Below, piece after piece: positions 27,001 to 37,309 of a stretch of 64,000 nt of DNA. Each line of letters begins with the position of its first letter. Position 1 is the stretch's first letter. Location: positions 293,259 through 357,258 of the forward strand of contig NMRA01000286.1 in NCBI GenBank assembly GCA_002633005.1, given 5' to 3'. A program made the translations under genes and the position numbers. The notes under the pieces were generated by a model. It saw only the letters and a list, made by a program, of their open reading frames with translations. It was not told the DNA's origin and did no database searches. This stretch comes from Phoronis australis (taxonomy: Eukaryota > Animalia > Phoronida).

Positions 27001-30000
27001 TGCATTTGTGGCTCCATCTCTTTAACTCTTTACAGTCTAAAAAGTTTTTCTACGAATGTGATAATAAATAAAACAACTTTCAGTTGCATCTGACTCGCTG
27101 TGCCAGTTTTATTTTATTGTATTTTTCATTATTTTTTTTGAAAAAGCAGTAATTAAGGTGTAGAATTTAATGTTTTCTCATTAATTTTTCATTTTACGAC
27201 ATTAATCATGTACGCTAGCAGCAAGTCTCGACCCATTCCTCCTTAATATAACCGTACACAGTATTCATTGGATACTTTGTGACACATTTCAGGTGTACAA
27301 AGATGCCATCAAGTACTACAAAGGTAAGGTTACTGTTTTTGTGGAGGGGAGTATTCGATTTTGGTATACCTTGAGACCAATTATTATATCTAGTTTCAAT
27401 TACTACAAACTGTTATCTTGTGTGATTAAGAAAAATTAAAATGTTCCCATGAGTGTAACTGTTTGCAGTTAATATTATTTATGCAAATGCACTTCTCTGC
27501 CAATAGGACATGAAAGCATTGTTTGTTTAAATGTCTTTGTAAACCTTTAATTGTGATGTTTTGTATTTTAGACATCAGAACAAGTGGGACTGACTTACTG
27601 AAGAATGCTGTAGAACATGTGATAAATACCAGTGAGGTAAATGGTAAAACCATTATTCAGTGTTGTGTACTCTCTGTCAACAAAGTTAATGCTCCATTCA
27701 CATTATTGACAGCATTTGAATTAAAAATATCTGAAAGAGACAGTTTCTCAGGATTGTTGTCAGGTGCCAAGTTGAAAGTACTGTTACCCGGTTACACTGA
27801 CTCCATTTTTTGACATCCAAATATGCATGTTTGAAGTACCACCAAACAAGTTTAAGATGGTTTAAGGTGGTAACATCTCCTATCAGCTCCACACCAAAAA
27901 TAGTACAACCATTGTGGAAAACCTAATCTGTGAATTTGTCACAGAAAATTCCTTGTGTAGGTTCATTCGTCTTGTCTGTTGTAGGAAACCAAAGACACTG
28001 TATCTGAAGTCTGCATGGTTTTCAATACATTGTCCTGGACACGTAAGGAAGTTATCGCCATAGCAACATCAGATCAGGTGACCTCACCAGCCAGTAAGCG
28101 TCTCAAAGGCGAAAATCTACAAGTGGACAGTAAAGGAGATACGCTTGGTGAGCAACACTGTGTTAGTTAACATATCTTGATAAGTGATATTGAAGTCAAA
28201 GTAGCAGCCATGTTCAAATCCAAGATGGCTACCAGACAATTGTTTAAATAGTCATTGCTAATGTAGCTATTATCAGAGTTCTGATAGTTAAGGAAGTGCT
28301 TAGTCCATGAACATTGACTTTTATGATTAATATTAAACCCATAGCGTTTTTCAAAAATACTCAATACATATAAAGTAAAGTTTCTCAAATCTCTACTCCG
28401 TGTTACAATTGTTCTGGTGTGAAAATCTACCTTTTTGTTATAACATCAATATAGACTTAATGCATCAACACATTCGTGAACGTTCAAATACGTTGGATGT
28501 ATTGTTATTCTTATGCTCTCAATTTTGATATTTAACAAATGAATGTCTAATTTTGTCTGTTTAAACACAACGCGTACCTTTCTTTTTCAGCTTTTGTGGA
28601 GTCACCAGGCATTGGTTACAGCATTATTGAGAAAATGTGTGATCAGTTTCAGCATGTCTCTATTGAAAAACGGGTAACATTTTAAGTTGCAGCACAACAT
28701 TTGAAGGCGCTGGAAAGAGTCCTTTGCCACTCATCTCAATTCCAACAACAATCCTCTGTATCCCAGATTCCGACCAGTAAACACCAAACCTGCAATACAT
28801 CTCCCCAGAGCTGTGCCTCTAAACTTTAAACTCGCACCGAAAATGTACCATAGCCAAACGCCAGTCTCAGGGACCAAGGTTCAGTGCTGGAAACTGAATT
28901 TTAACCAAACTGGTCCTCTGGACTGCACTTGGGTCCCCAAGACTGGCATTTGGTCACAGGGACTGTAGTATGTTTACTAAGTATGGAGCATTTCCAGTAT
29001 GTGTGGAGTTTGAAGAGTGCATGTCTGGGATTTCTACAACGGGTTTGGTGTCTGCTGGTCTGGGATTGGGTTTGAGTGGATTGTAGCTAGAATTTAGAGG
29101 TGCAGCCATGGAATCGTTTCTACTCCCTATTTTCATTTTAAAAATTTAGTATTTTATTGATCGCAGAATAGCTTTTGCTTTGCATGAATTAGAAATTGGT
29201 TATCATTTAACTTACTCGTAGTTTGTGTGTTTAGGAAATTATACATTGGGTTTGCGTAGCACTGACGTAGTTATTTTGAGATTTCTGAATATCCATGTCT
29301 TGCCATATTTGCTTACTGTCTTATCATGTGTGGACTTTCCAGAGAGATGAATGCGTGTATCTCAGCAATGAATTCATTTCGGCCGTCATTGACCCTGCCG
29401 GTCGTATTCTTTCTCTTACACTTCAAGGACATACCAAGTGAGTGGCTGTACGTCAATTAGTTTGTCTGTCATGTTTGGCAGGTGATCTTGAGTTGATGTT
29501 TTGTCAATACACCTGTAAGACAACATTAGTGTAAATGGTAAAGCATTGGATCTATCATGCATGTTTTGCTAGAGAAGAATTAGATTCAGCTGTTTTAATG
29601 CATTTTGGTCTAACTAATTGTTAATTGCTTGCAATACAATAGAACATTAATTAATTTCAAAACCAAACTAACTATTTGAACCAATAGACCTTATTCACGC
29701 ATTCATCATTTTAAAAAAAGCCTCATAGGTTTAAAAACAATACAATTGAGACATAAATATGAGGAAGCACGCGAAAAAAATCACGTTTTGCACTGGGATT
29801 AAGTGTGGAATGCATTGTTTTTTAGACCTAAAAGGAGGCTCTTTGTAATGTGGCGATTGCGTGAAGAAGGTGTATTGATGTCTCATGGCAAAAGAATTAA
29901 CTAGATTACTGTATCGTAATGTAATCTCATTTTTTCTCTAGAAATGCCATTGCGGATGATAAGCTTGGTAATCAGTTCACCCTTTTCGATGATGTGCCAT

Positions 30001-33000
30001 TGTTCTGGGATGCCTGGGACGTCATGGATTATCACCTTCAAACAAGGTAAACCCGGGCTTATGACTAAATGTGTTTTACTTTCCTCTATATTGATAGTAG
30101 TTTATACTTTGGTCAACAAACTGTATTTTATTTGCCATGCTCTGTAGTTTCTGGGATTTCAACTATGGTGCTGTTGTTATTTTTCAAATCATCCGCTGAC
30201 ATCACAGATAAGTTGGTGATTTGTAAACAATATGATGGTGCAGAAAACAACACTGTCTTGTTACTTGAGCGCACAAATATTAAAAGCATGGGTTGACTGC
30301 AACATGTTTTTTTGGTGTGAATGCAACAAAGCAACCATCATACAAAAAATAAAAGATTCAATATGGGCATCAAAATGCATCGACATAAAATGTAGATATT
30401 AAGCAAATTCCCCCTGGCAAATGTCATCTGATCACACTGTTCATATCTCATCACTTAAAATATGAATTATAAATCAGTTTACACGCTCACAAGTTAGCTG
30501 CCACCGGATGTTTATCAGCCGAAAACTGCCCTATGGTTAAAAAAAATGTGTGTCGGTGTTCAGAGTGCGCTAACTAGTAAAGCACACGTCATTGTCATAG
30601 CTTTGGTTAAAATAGTCTGTGCAGACTGGAACTACAGCACACAGTTCTTCAAAAGCAGTTGAGACTATGACACTGAAATTGTGTGTAAACCTCGATGTGG
30701 TTATTATGGTTAGAGTGAGATGGGACTGCTGTGGAAACCAACCTGTAACTAAGATAGAAAGCAACATTGTGTAGATCTTAAATAAAAAAGCCTGTCGAGC
30801 AAAACTTTGTTACGATGACACACACTTCAGTAATGGTTCATGCTATTGAAGAAAAAATTTTATTCATGAGAATGGAGTTGTGGAGCATGAGAAGAGAGAG
30901 AAAAAGAATTGTATTTACGACAAAAACACTGATACTAACACCTTTACTGACCATGTAGGAGCAATATTGTCCATACTGAGTTGTCATAAGGAGAGAATGA
31001 TACCAAAGGCTGTAGAAGTGACTGACTTGTTGAACAGCTGAATTATTTATAAGGGAAAGATAACAATACTGTTTGTACTATGCCTCTGATTTAATAATCA
31101 TCCTGGATATCATGATAGACTAATTACTGTCCCCTTGCCCTAAGTAATTACAAGTGCCTGTGATATTATATATCTGTTCATTATGGCTAATTACCTGCAA
31201 ATTACATGTCGTTGACAGGATCATTGATGACGTGTAGTGGCACTAATCATCTCACCACACTTCCATCCTGACAGCAGGAGACGCATGCTTCCAGTACTGG
31301 TGTTGACCGTTAGCTGTTGGTCATCATGGTTGTCTCAAGATTTGTCAATAATTGCATAATTAGCAGTTTCTTATCTTAGACAGTGACATGAATTTATAAT
31401 GATATTTGTTCTTGATAGGAAAGCAGTGGATGAAGGTATACAGTTTGCCAAAGTTGTCGATGAAGGACCTCTGAGGGCCATAGTGGAGGTAGGGTGGGTT
31501 GTAGAGGGTGGGGGGAAGGATCTCTGAGGGCCACAGTGGAGGTAGAGTGGATAGCAGAGGGTGGAGGGAAGGATCTCTGAGGGCCACAGTGGAGGTAGGG
31601 TGCGTAGTAGAGGGTGGGAGGAAGTATCTCTGAGGGCCACAACAGAGGTAGAGTGGATAGCTGAGGGTGGGGGGAAAGCTGAAGGTTTAAAGCTGAAGTT
31701 ACATTTTGAACAGAAAGGTGGATTTTTTTACAGATAGCCATTCATAAGAAACGTGTGAGTCTGGTCCTGTGTGCTTTGTTTTGATGAACGAGTAGTAAAA
31801 TTTCACACATGTTTAATTGAGTCGGTGGACACTCGGTTTAAATGAACATCTGCTTGTATTAAAGAACACAGAATCAGTATTTCTGGTCAGGCATGTTCAC
31901 GTTGAAGTTTCCTGTCACTTTATTTCCACTGCTGCATCATCTGAAAGTTACCATGGTTACAGAAAACTAAGAAGCCGTTTAAATAAATACTTTGTTGCCA
32001 CATTGATTTCAGCTGAGATTTTCATTTTAAAAAGTAGTTGAAAGTTAACTGAAAGATAAAATACTAGAATGTCTGTTGTTATGTTGTTATTTGAAATTCA
32101 GGTTTCTCTGAAGATCAGTGACAAAAGCTACATTCGACAAGAAATCATTCTCGACGCTGGATGCCCATACCTGAAGTTCTACACTGAGGTCAGTGGTGTA
32201 AACACATTGTCATGCCTCTGTTGTATATCAGTTCAGTTCTACTTAGTTTTCTTTTGTGTTGTTCCTTGCTACTCTAGTGCAACACCAATACAATTTGACA
32301 CAATTTCTAAGTGGGTGAATAAAATTCTTGCTCTGGAGAACTAATATCGTGTTCATTTATTTAAAGTGTTTACAAACACTATTTACCTTGTTTTGACTGG
32401 TGACTACATTGTCAGCATCATTAAGCCTTCCTTTATAGCATTGCTTATTGTAATGATGAATTCAATATCCAAAAACTTGAAAATGGAAGAAAAGCAACTT
32501 TACGGTAATCGTAATTGAAAGTTTCTTAGCTCCACGGACATGAATCTGACGTATGAACTCATCCAGCGCCAGTATGTCATGTCAGCTACGTGATTTTTTA
32601 AGAAGTGCAACCATCTCCATCATAGTGTTTCAGCAAAAGTTTTTCCATCTTCACACAAGAATTGTGACACACCCTGTACATGTACACTACTTTGGGCTGG
32701 TTAATATTTGACAAAAATGTGTGAAGTAATGTATTTATGCAGTAACTTTTTGTATATGTCCCAAAAAGGGGTGTCAACTCGGGAGTCCGTTGTAGTGTTT
32801 TAGTCATCTTGATCCAAGTCTGTTTAAATCAAAGTAATACAAATCATGCTGTGATATTTCTTTACCTTCAGGTTCACTGGCATGAAGATCACAAGTTCTT
32901 AAAGGTGGAGTTTCCTCTCAATGTCCGCTCAATGCAGGCCACTTATGACATACAGTTTGGCCATCTTCAGAGAACTACCCACTACAACACTTCCCATGAC

Positions 33001-36000
33001 TGGGCACAGTTTGAGGTCAGTCATATTCAAAAGGGACTGGATTCTGTGGAGGACTGAGATCAGTCACTTAAGCACTCTATTATGGGGTTAGGTACACAAG
33101 CCTGTTCAGCCTGTTGTTATGGTGCTGAATGCTTAAAGACTGGGATTTCTCAACAAAGGAGAAGCAGTTGCACTGCATGAGTTTCTATTTTATTCTGCTG
33201 CAGTTAATTGATTTTTGACATTCAAAAGTTGAAAAGATTCAACTTTTAATGGTGGATTCAGTGTTCATAGACCACAGTGTCAAAAATGACCTCCACTGCA
33301 TGTATTTTCTTTGTTTCACTGCAGACAGTTCTATCACTGGCTTCCATCTCTGTTCCCTAATCCCCAAACAAAAGAAACCAGTCATAAAAGTCCAGGAACT
33401 GTCAGTGGTAACTGGTTATTCAACTACCAACTTGCTAGGGTGAGCGCAGATCAGCGAGCTGAGCTGCTGTCCTCAAGTTAACTACAACTCAGCCCATAAC
33501 TTGAAGAGGGTTGCCCGTGCATAGCAAGTAAAATGCTCGCTGACCTGTTGATATGTTTGTAGTAAACAGCGTAAATGTAGTACATAGGATTACAACGAGT
33601 CAGTGATAGAGATTTGTTGTTATCAGGTGATGTAATAATTAAATTTTATTGGCTGCCGAAGGTAATATAGTATGCACTCAATTCACCTCGCCCATATGTT
33701 GTGCACATTAACTCATGCCAGGTAGAAGAAGGCCACCAAATGAGACAATCGCCTCACCGCCTCAAGAGGCAAACTACTCACTGTTCATTCAAGGCCTGTA
33801 GCTCTTCATCTGCTCTCGCCCTGAGAAGTATTCAATGTTGCTGGTTGGGAAACAGAGTTATTTCTCCATGTTGAAGCACTTCTATGATGTTCACGGCTTG
33901 AAAATAATAATCATGAAATAAGTCAACTAACAAGCTGGTCTCAGAATTTTCCTTGCCATGACAGCTTTTGGGAGGGTTAGCTCTGTCAATTTGGTAACAC
34001 TTTAAGACATATCTTCACTTTTCATTACCTTGAGTGATCTGTAGACAACATAATTACCTTTACTTTTCATTACCCTGAATAGTCTGTTTTGTGATGAAAA
34101 TCATTTTTGTCTTGGTATGGAAAAGTTTGTGACATGCTTGGTTTGACTAATAACCACCAGATTTAGAATTGTCATTTTCATGACTGGACCAGTATCAAGG
34201 GAATATCCCTGGCCTTTAATTTTTGTGGTTTGTTCTTTATCTTGTTGCAAGTTTGTGACTTACAGTTTTGGTCCAGTAATAAAAGGTTAGTTTGTTTTGG
34301 TCTAAGTCCAGAGTTCCAAATGAATCTACTTGCCTTTGGCAATTTTCCATGGAAAAAAGTTAGTTATCTTGGTCCGATCATTCACCATGATAAGTTTGGT
34401 GTCGTCTTGCCTTAAAACTAGAAGTGAGACCTAAGGTGGGAATAATTAACAATAGCTGCTGCTGAAGATAGGACACAAGAAGCTGGAAATGGTCACAAGT
34501 AGTATGTCTGTCAGCCCAATGAGGACATGCTTGTCCATATTGAAACACTTTATGGTGTTACTAGTGGGTGCACAAGGTCTTTGAAATGTCAATGCTGTGA
34601 CACACCTGCCTCTGTTGTGATAACCTTTTAGGTTTCTCAAGAACTAATTTATAGTGCCATGTTGTATCCTCCCTGAATGTAATACAAAGTGTATTATTTT
34701 TTGTTCATTATTAGGTCTGTGGCCATAAATGGGCGGACATGTCTGAGTACAACTGGGGTGTGGCCATTCTGAATGACTGCAAGTATGGCTGGTCAACGGT
34801 GGACAACACATTATATCTGTCATTGTGAGTGTTGAAGTCTGTTGGGTGTTGTTTGTAGAAGACATCAGTGTCACATACAAACCATGCCTACTTTTCAACA
34901 TGTAGATTTTCTTCTCTGATATTGTTGTGTACTGCACAAAAGAAATTGTTGTAGCTATTAGTTGCTTGAAAGGGCTGGGGTTATTTGAAACTATCAGATT
35001 ACAGGTTTGTCTGTTGACTTATTCTAAAATTTGTAATTCCAATTTCATTGATGCTCTCACTTACCTTTTACTTAACACTGACAATATATGTTGTCTATTT
35101 ATGTGTTGTGCGCGCCTTCAACATACTGGTTTCATTTCTCCAGGTTACGATCTCCAAAGGCTCCTGATGCCAAAGCTGACATGGGCGTACATCGGTTCAC
35201 ATATGCAGTGATGCCACACACGGGTAAGCTCATTGACACAGGTGCTAACTAGCTAGTTGAATATCACTGAGCATAAAATGCTCCTTGGAATCACTGCGTG
35301 TAAAAGCAAGAAAGCAAAGCCTGCTTTTTTAAGACTATCAAGTCTCTTGTTTTCACTGGCTTGTCTTAATCAATGACTTTGTCCCTAAATTGCTCTGGAA
35401 TTCAACAGTCTGATTAACATTTTTTACCTGCCCCAGTGTCTAGTTATTCTAACTAAAGACTGAAAAACTTCATAACGGGTATGCTCATTACATTGGTCTA
35501 CGTCCTTTGCTTGTTTTTTGTTTTTAATTGATGACGGTGACATAAATTGGGAGATGGTAACGTCATCATTGAAGCAAAATTTGCTCGAAAATGCGGTTCG
35601 CTTTCTGGTAATTAAATACTCAACTTACAGTGAAATGAAATCCAGTGCAAGAAATACAAAAGGTGTTTGTTTTATTGCACAGGTTCATTTCAAGATGCTG
35701 GCGTGATCCAGCAAGCGTACGCCCTCAACTGTCCACTAAGTCTACATCACTTGACCATGGCAGAGGGGAATTCATCGTGGAAGGAATACGTTACCGTGGA
35801 TACACCAGCCGTCATTGTGGAGGCATTGAAAAAGGTCATAATAACGATAATAATGATGATATAGTATGGAGACTTTAAAAGTGCCTGTAAATTACTAGCA
35901 TATCTAAGGAAGGTCATAGTGCGTTATGCCAGGAGTGGTCACCGGTCCTCTAGGCCGTAATAGTGAACAAAAAATTGCCATCTTTTAATGAATCTCTTGT

Positions 36001-37309
36001 ACTCTGTTTGATGCATATTAAGGGAAACTATTTAGTGAGACAAAAGTTTCAACCGTATTCATTGGTCTTTGAGCTTTCCTTATTGACAATAGAGAGCACC
36101 ACAAGCTAGTGTATAATTTCCATGAGATGTAATTGACATAACTTGTCTTGTTTAGGTCATGCGTTGACCTGCTTCTGAAGGCACTTCTGTTCATGCATGA
36201 ATTTGTAAAGCACAACTTGTATGGACTCATTTTCATGACTTTTTGAATCCACTGATGTTTCAGAGTGAAGATCATGATAATGCATTGGTAATGAGACTGT
36301 ATGAGGCCTATGGTGGCCAGCCCACTGCCAACATCAAGCTAGGCTTCCCTGTCGAACAAGCTTATTTGTGAGTAGTGGTTTAGGTTTTCTTTTTTCACGA
36401 TTTCTGAACAACAGCTGGTTTAGGACGACGTTTATGACTGAGGGATGGGGGTGTCTGATACTGCTTAATATTCTAGGGCAATAGCAATGCCATGGCAACC
36501 AAGTGGGTAGAGGCATATCTGTCGGGACCACTCTTCTGGATAAGACATACTGGCTCCCATCGATCATTTACCTCCTCTCAGGTATCATGTAATGGTTGAT
36601 GTTATTGGTTGTTATTATAATGACCAATAGGCATTTCCCAAATTTTACTCTCCTCTTTTGTGAATTAGAAAGTGTGCTTGTATGAATGACATAGGTTTCA
36701 AAAAGGTGGCTTAGCATTTCTGGGTTGAAACAAAAAAGCAAGATATCTTGTGTTTCTTGTCGTTTTTGGTGTCAGTCACTGTGAAACAATAATTTTTGTG
36801 CAGTGTTAGAATGAAAAATTATTTTGCTGTAAAACTGTCAATAGCAGTGGGGTTACGATTGTGCAGCATTGTGGGTAAATATGGCAGAATATGAGAGGGT
36901 GTTGTAGTATTTCTGGACGAACCTATAGAATTATGTAGTGTGTTGTCATACCTATGTTATCCCATAATTCTGTTATAAACAGTGTACCTGTCCCTACTGT
37001 CTAATAGGTGTTAACCTTTGCCTCATGTTGTATATTGTAAGGTTAGAGGGTGTAATATTGTCTCAAGTGTAGCAGAAAGCATTTGCTTGATGGCACTCAC
37101 TGAATGTGGTTTTGGATGGAAATGTTGCCAATGGCACCATTGTCGTGGTGGTGTATTTAGACTCTAAGCACTCTTTACCTTGTTGCAGATGTAACCTTTT
37201 GGAAGAACCTGGTGAAGAAATTGAGATCTGCGACGGTTGTGTCACCCTATACTTCAGACCTTTCCAGATAGCATCGCTGATGTTGTGCTTACCCAAGAAG
37301 GAGTCTTGA
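6000..37309 (+). CDS. MAN2C1: Alpha-mannosidase 2C1 (cytosolic GH38), whole gene span; 29 coding exons, 3168 nt, ~1055 aa when one copy of the duplicated exons 12-13 is used
   Basis: All exons join in frame. GH38 motifs: GHCHIDSAWLWP (Zn ligands), [25 protein letters not shown] (nucleophile), [68 protein letters not shown]. Confidence 0.95.
6689..6938 (+). CDS. MAN2C1: MAN2C1 exon 2
   Basis: [10 protein letters not shown]...[38 protein letters not shown]; AG/GT flanks. Confidence 0.9.
7966..8030 (+). CDS. MAN2C1: MAN2C1 exon 3
   Basis: [21 protein letters not shown]; TTGCAG/GTGAGT; phases fit both neighbours. Confidence 0.8.
8356..10001 (+). mobile_element. Non-autonomous Helentron/DINE-like element, copy 1, with internal degenerate tandem modules
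   Basis: Starts TTTTTATGTGCCCGC; ends AAACACCCCTAGAAGCAC...GTGGGTGCATTTCAACGCTCCGCATTACTCTTGT (subterminal IR plus 3' hairpin-like segment); related ends at 12991-14157 and 62723-63243. Confidence 0.65.
10095..10450 (+). mobile_element. Fragment of the same Helentron-like family
   Basis: GCAGCTGTATTTCCTAAACT..CAGGATCTTCGTGAAATTTGGCAGGTGTG and TTTTGGACAGATCC match the internal modules of 8356-10001. Confidence 0.55.
10777..10954 (+). CDS. MAN2C1: MAN2C1 exon 4
   Basis: [25 protein letters not shown]...[13 protein letters not shown]. Confidence 0.92.
12801..12901 (+). CDS. MAN2C1: MAN2C1 exon 5
   Basis: [23 protein letters not shown]; TTTCAG/GTGAAT. Confidence 0.9.
12991..14157 (+). mobile_element. 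Helentron/DINE-like element, copy 2
   Basis: Starts TTTTTATGTGCCCACATATACATATGTGGG; ends AAACACCCTTAGAAGCATGCCGTTTGTGGTGC...TTTAAACACTGCGTTGCTCCTATT; homologous to 8356-10001. Confidence 0.65.
14561..14652 (+). CDS. MAN2C1: MAN2C1 exon 6
   Basis: [30 protein letters not shown] (HxD zinc ligands). Confidence 0.93.
14991..15097 (+). CDS. MAN2C1: MAN2C1 exon 7
   Basis: [35 protein letters not shown]. Confidence 0.93.
15612..15722 (+). CDS. MAN2C1: MAN2C1 exon 8
   Basis: [15 protein letters not shown]...[13 protein letters not shown]. Confidence 0.93.
17027..17119 (+). CDS. MAN2C1: MAN2C1 exon 9 (followed by a GC donor)
   Basis: [31 protein letters not shown]|GCGAGT. Confidence 0.9.
17759..17875 (+). 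CDS. MAN2C1: MAN2C1 exon 10 (catalytic nucleophile)
   Basis: [39 protein letters not shown]. Confidence 0.94.
18440..18800 (+). repeat. Dispersed intronic repeat; second copy at ~33058-33350
   Basis: GATCAGTCA(T/C)(A/T)TAAGCACTCTATT(G/A)TGGGGTTAGGTA(G/C)ACAAGCCT...CTCAACAAAGGAG..GCAGTT.CACTGC is shared by both loci. Confidence 0.65.
18976..19071 (+). CDS. MAN2C1: MAN2C1 exon 11
   Basis: [32 protein letters not shown]. Confidence 0.93.
20278..20369 (+). CDS. MAN2C1: MAN2C1 exon 12, copy A
   Basis: [30 protein letters not shown]. Confidence 0.85.
20855..20965 (+). mobile_element. Degenerate tRNA-derived SINE head (also in copy B at ~24182-24292)
   Basis: A-box-like TGACCTAATGG followed by GATAAG, B-box-like GGCTTCGAGTCC; no intact cloverleaf. 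Confidence 0.45.
21361..21414 (+). CDS. MAN2C1: MAN2C1 exon 13, copy A
   Basis: [17 protein letters not shown]; TTTTAG/GTAAGG. Confidence 0.85.
21520..21525. other. Assembly gap (6 N)
   Basis: NNNNNN in the sequence; isolated N also at 44143 and 49610. Confidence 0.99.
21526..22590 (+). mobile_element. Partial non-autonomous element (Helentron-like end) abutting copy B
   Basis: CpG-richer block with repeated AAGATGGCGG motifs, a (GTC)n-like microsatellite and a terminal hairpin CGCTCC-TC-GGAGCG followed by CTCTCGTTT; it joins a T-run that is uninterrupted in copy A. Confidence 0.6.
23598..23689 (+). CDS. MAN2C1: MAN2C1 exon 12, copy B
   Basis: Same peptide as copy A; one synonymous change GAC to GAT. 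Confidence 0.85.
24688..24741 (+). CDS. MAN2C1: MAN2C1 exon 13, copy B
   Basis: Identical to copy A. Confidence 0.85.
25055..25181 (+). CDS. MAN2C1: MAN2C1 exon 14
   Basis: [42 protein letters not shown]. Confidence 0.93.
25984..26304. mobile_element. TTAA-flanked MITE, Kolobok-like
   Basis: TTAA|AGCTGCATTTTGCCCTGTTTAGCTG ... CAGCTTAACTGGATATAATGCACCT|TTAA: imperfect ~25-bp TIR with AG..CT termini. Confidence 0.6.
26428..26559. repeat. 33-bp minisatellite, 4 copies
   Basis: Unit ATTCACTGTATTACACTTACAAATCACTTGAAT. Confidence 0.9.
26643..26822 (+). CDS. MAN2C1: MAN2C1 exon 15
   Basis: [16 protein letters not shown]...[21 protein letters not shown]. Confidence 0.94.
27293..27323 (+). CDS. 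MAN2C1: MAN2C1 exon 16 (31-nt micro-exon)
   Basis: [10 protein letters not shown]; TTTCAG/GTAAGG; phases 0 and 1 fit. Confidence 0.85.
27572..27636 (+). CDS. MAN2C1: MAN2C1 exon 17
   Basis: [21 protein letters not shown]; TTTTAG/GTAAAT. Confidence 0.78.
27985..28147 (+). CDS. MAN2C1: MAN2C1 exon 18
   Basis: [24 protein letters not shown] (the NTLxWxR motif). Confidence 0.85.
28591..28673 (+). CDS. MAN2C1: MAN2C1 exon 19
   Basis: [27 protein letters not shown]. Confidence 0.82.
28715..29115. mobile_element. ~400-bp imperfect foldback element
   Basis: Nested inverted pairs: GACCAGTAAACACCAAACC/GGTTTGGTGTCTGCTGGTC and CCAAACGCCAGTCTCAGGGACCAAG/CTTGGGTCCCCAAGACTGGCATTTGG. Confidence 0.65.
29343..29437 (+). 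CDS. MAN2C1: MAN2C1 exon 20
   Basis: [31 protein letters not shown]. Confidence 0.87.
29682..29877. mobile_element. Palindromic MITE, ~195 bp
   Basis: CAATAGACCTTATTCACGCA vs TGCGTGAAGAAGGTGTATTG; inner TAGGTTTAAAAACAAT vs ATTGTTTTTTAGACCTA. Confidence 0.65.
29942..30046 (+). CDS. MAN2C1: MAN2C1 exon 21
   Basis: [34 protein letters not shown]. Confidence 0.94.
31419..31488 (+). CDS. MAN2C1: MAN2C1 exon 22
   Basis: [23 protein letters not shown]; GPLR motif; donor GTAGGG. Confidence 0.85.
31462..31676 (+). repeat. 53-bp G-rich minisatellite, 4 copies, overlapping the exon 22 end and donor
   Basis: Units start at 31462, 31515, 31568 and 31621: GAAGGA(C/T)CTCTGAGGGCCA(T/C)AGTGGAG|GTAG.GTGG....AGAGGGTGGGGG. 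Confidence 0.92.
32102..32188 (+). CDS. MAN2C1: MAN2C1 exon 23
   Basis: [29 protein letters not shown]. Confidence 0.92.
32872..33015 (+). CDS. MAN2C1: MAN2C1 exon 24
   Basis: [48 protein letters not shown]. Confidence 0.94.
34715..34824 (+). CDS. MAN2C1: MAN2C1 exon 25
   Basis: [36 protein letters not shown]. Confidence 0.94.
35144..35223 (+). CDS. MAN2C1: MAN2C1 exon 26
   Basis: [26 protein letters not shown]. Confidence 0.94.
35683..35834 (+). CDS. MAN2C1: MAN2C1 exon 27
   Basis: [18 protein letters not shown]...[13 protein letters not shown]. Confidence 0.93.
36264..36367 (+). CDS. MAN2C1: MAN2C1 exon 28
   Basis: [34 protein letters not shown]. Confidence 0.92.
37189..37309 (+). CDS. 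MAN2C1: MAN2C1 last coding exon (29)
   Basis: [39 protein letters not shown]-stop. Confidence 0.92.

Noticed and set aside
31360-31741. Pro/Leu-rich minus-strand ORFs
   Set aside because: Antisense translation of the 53-bp G-rich minisatellite.
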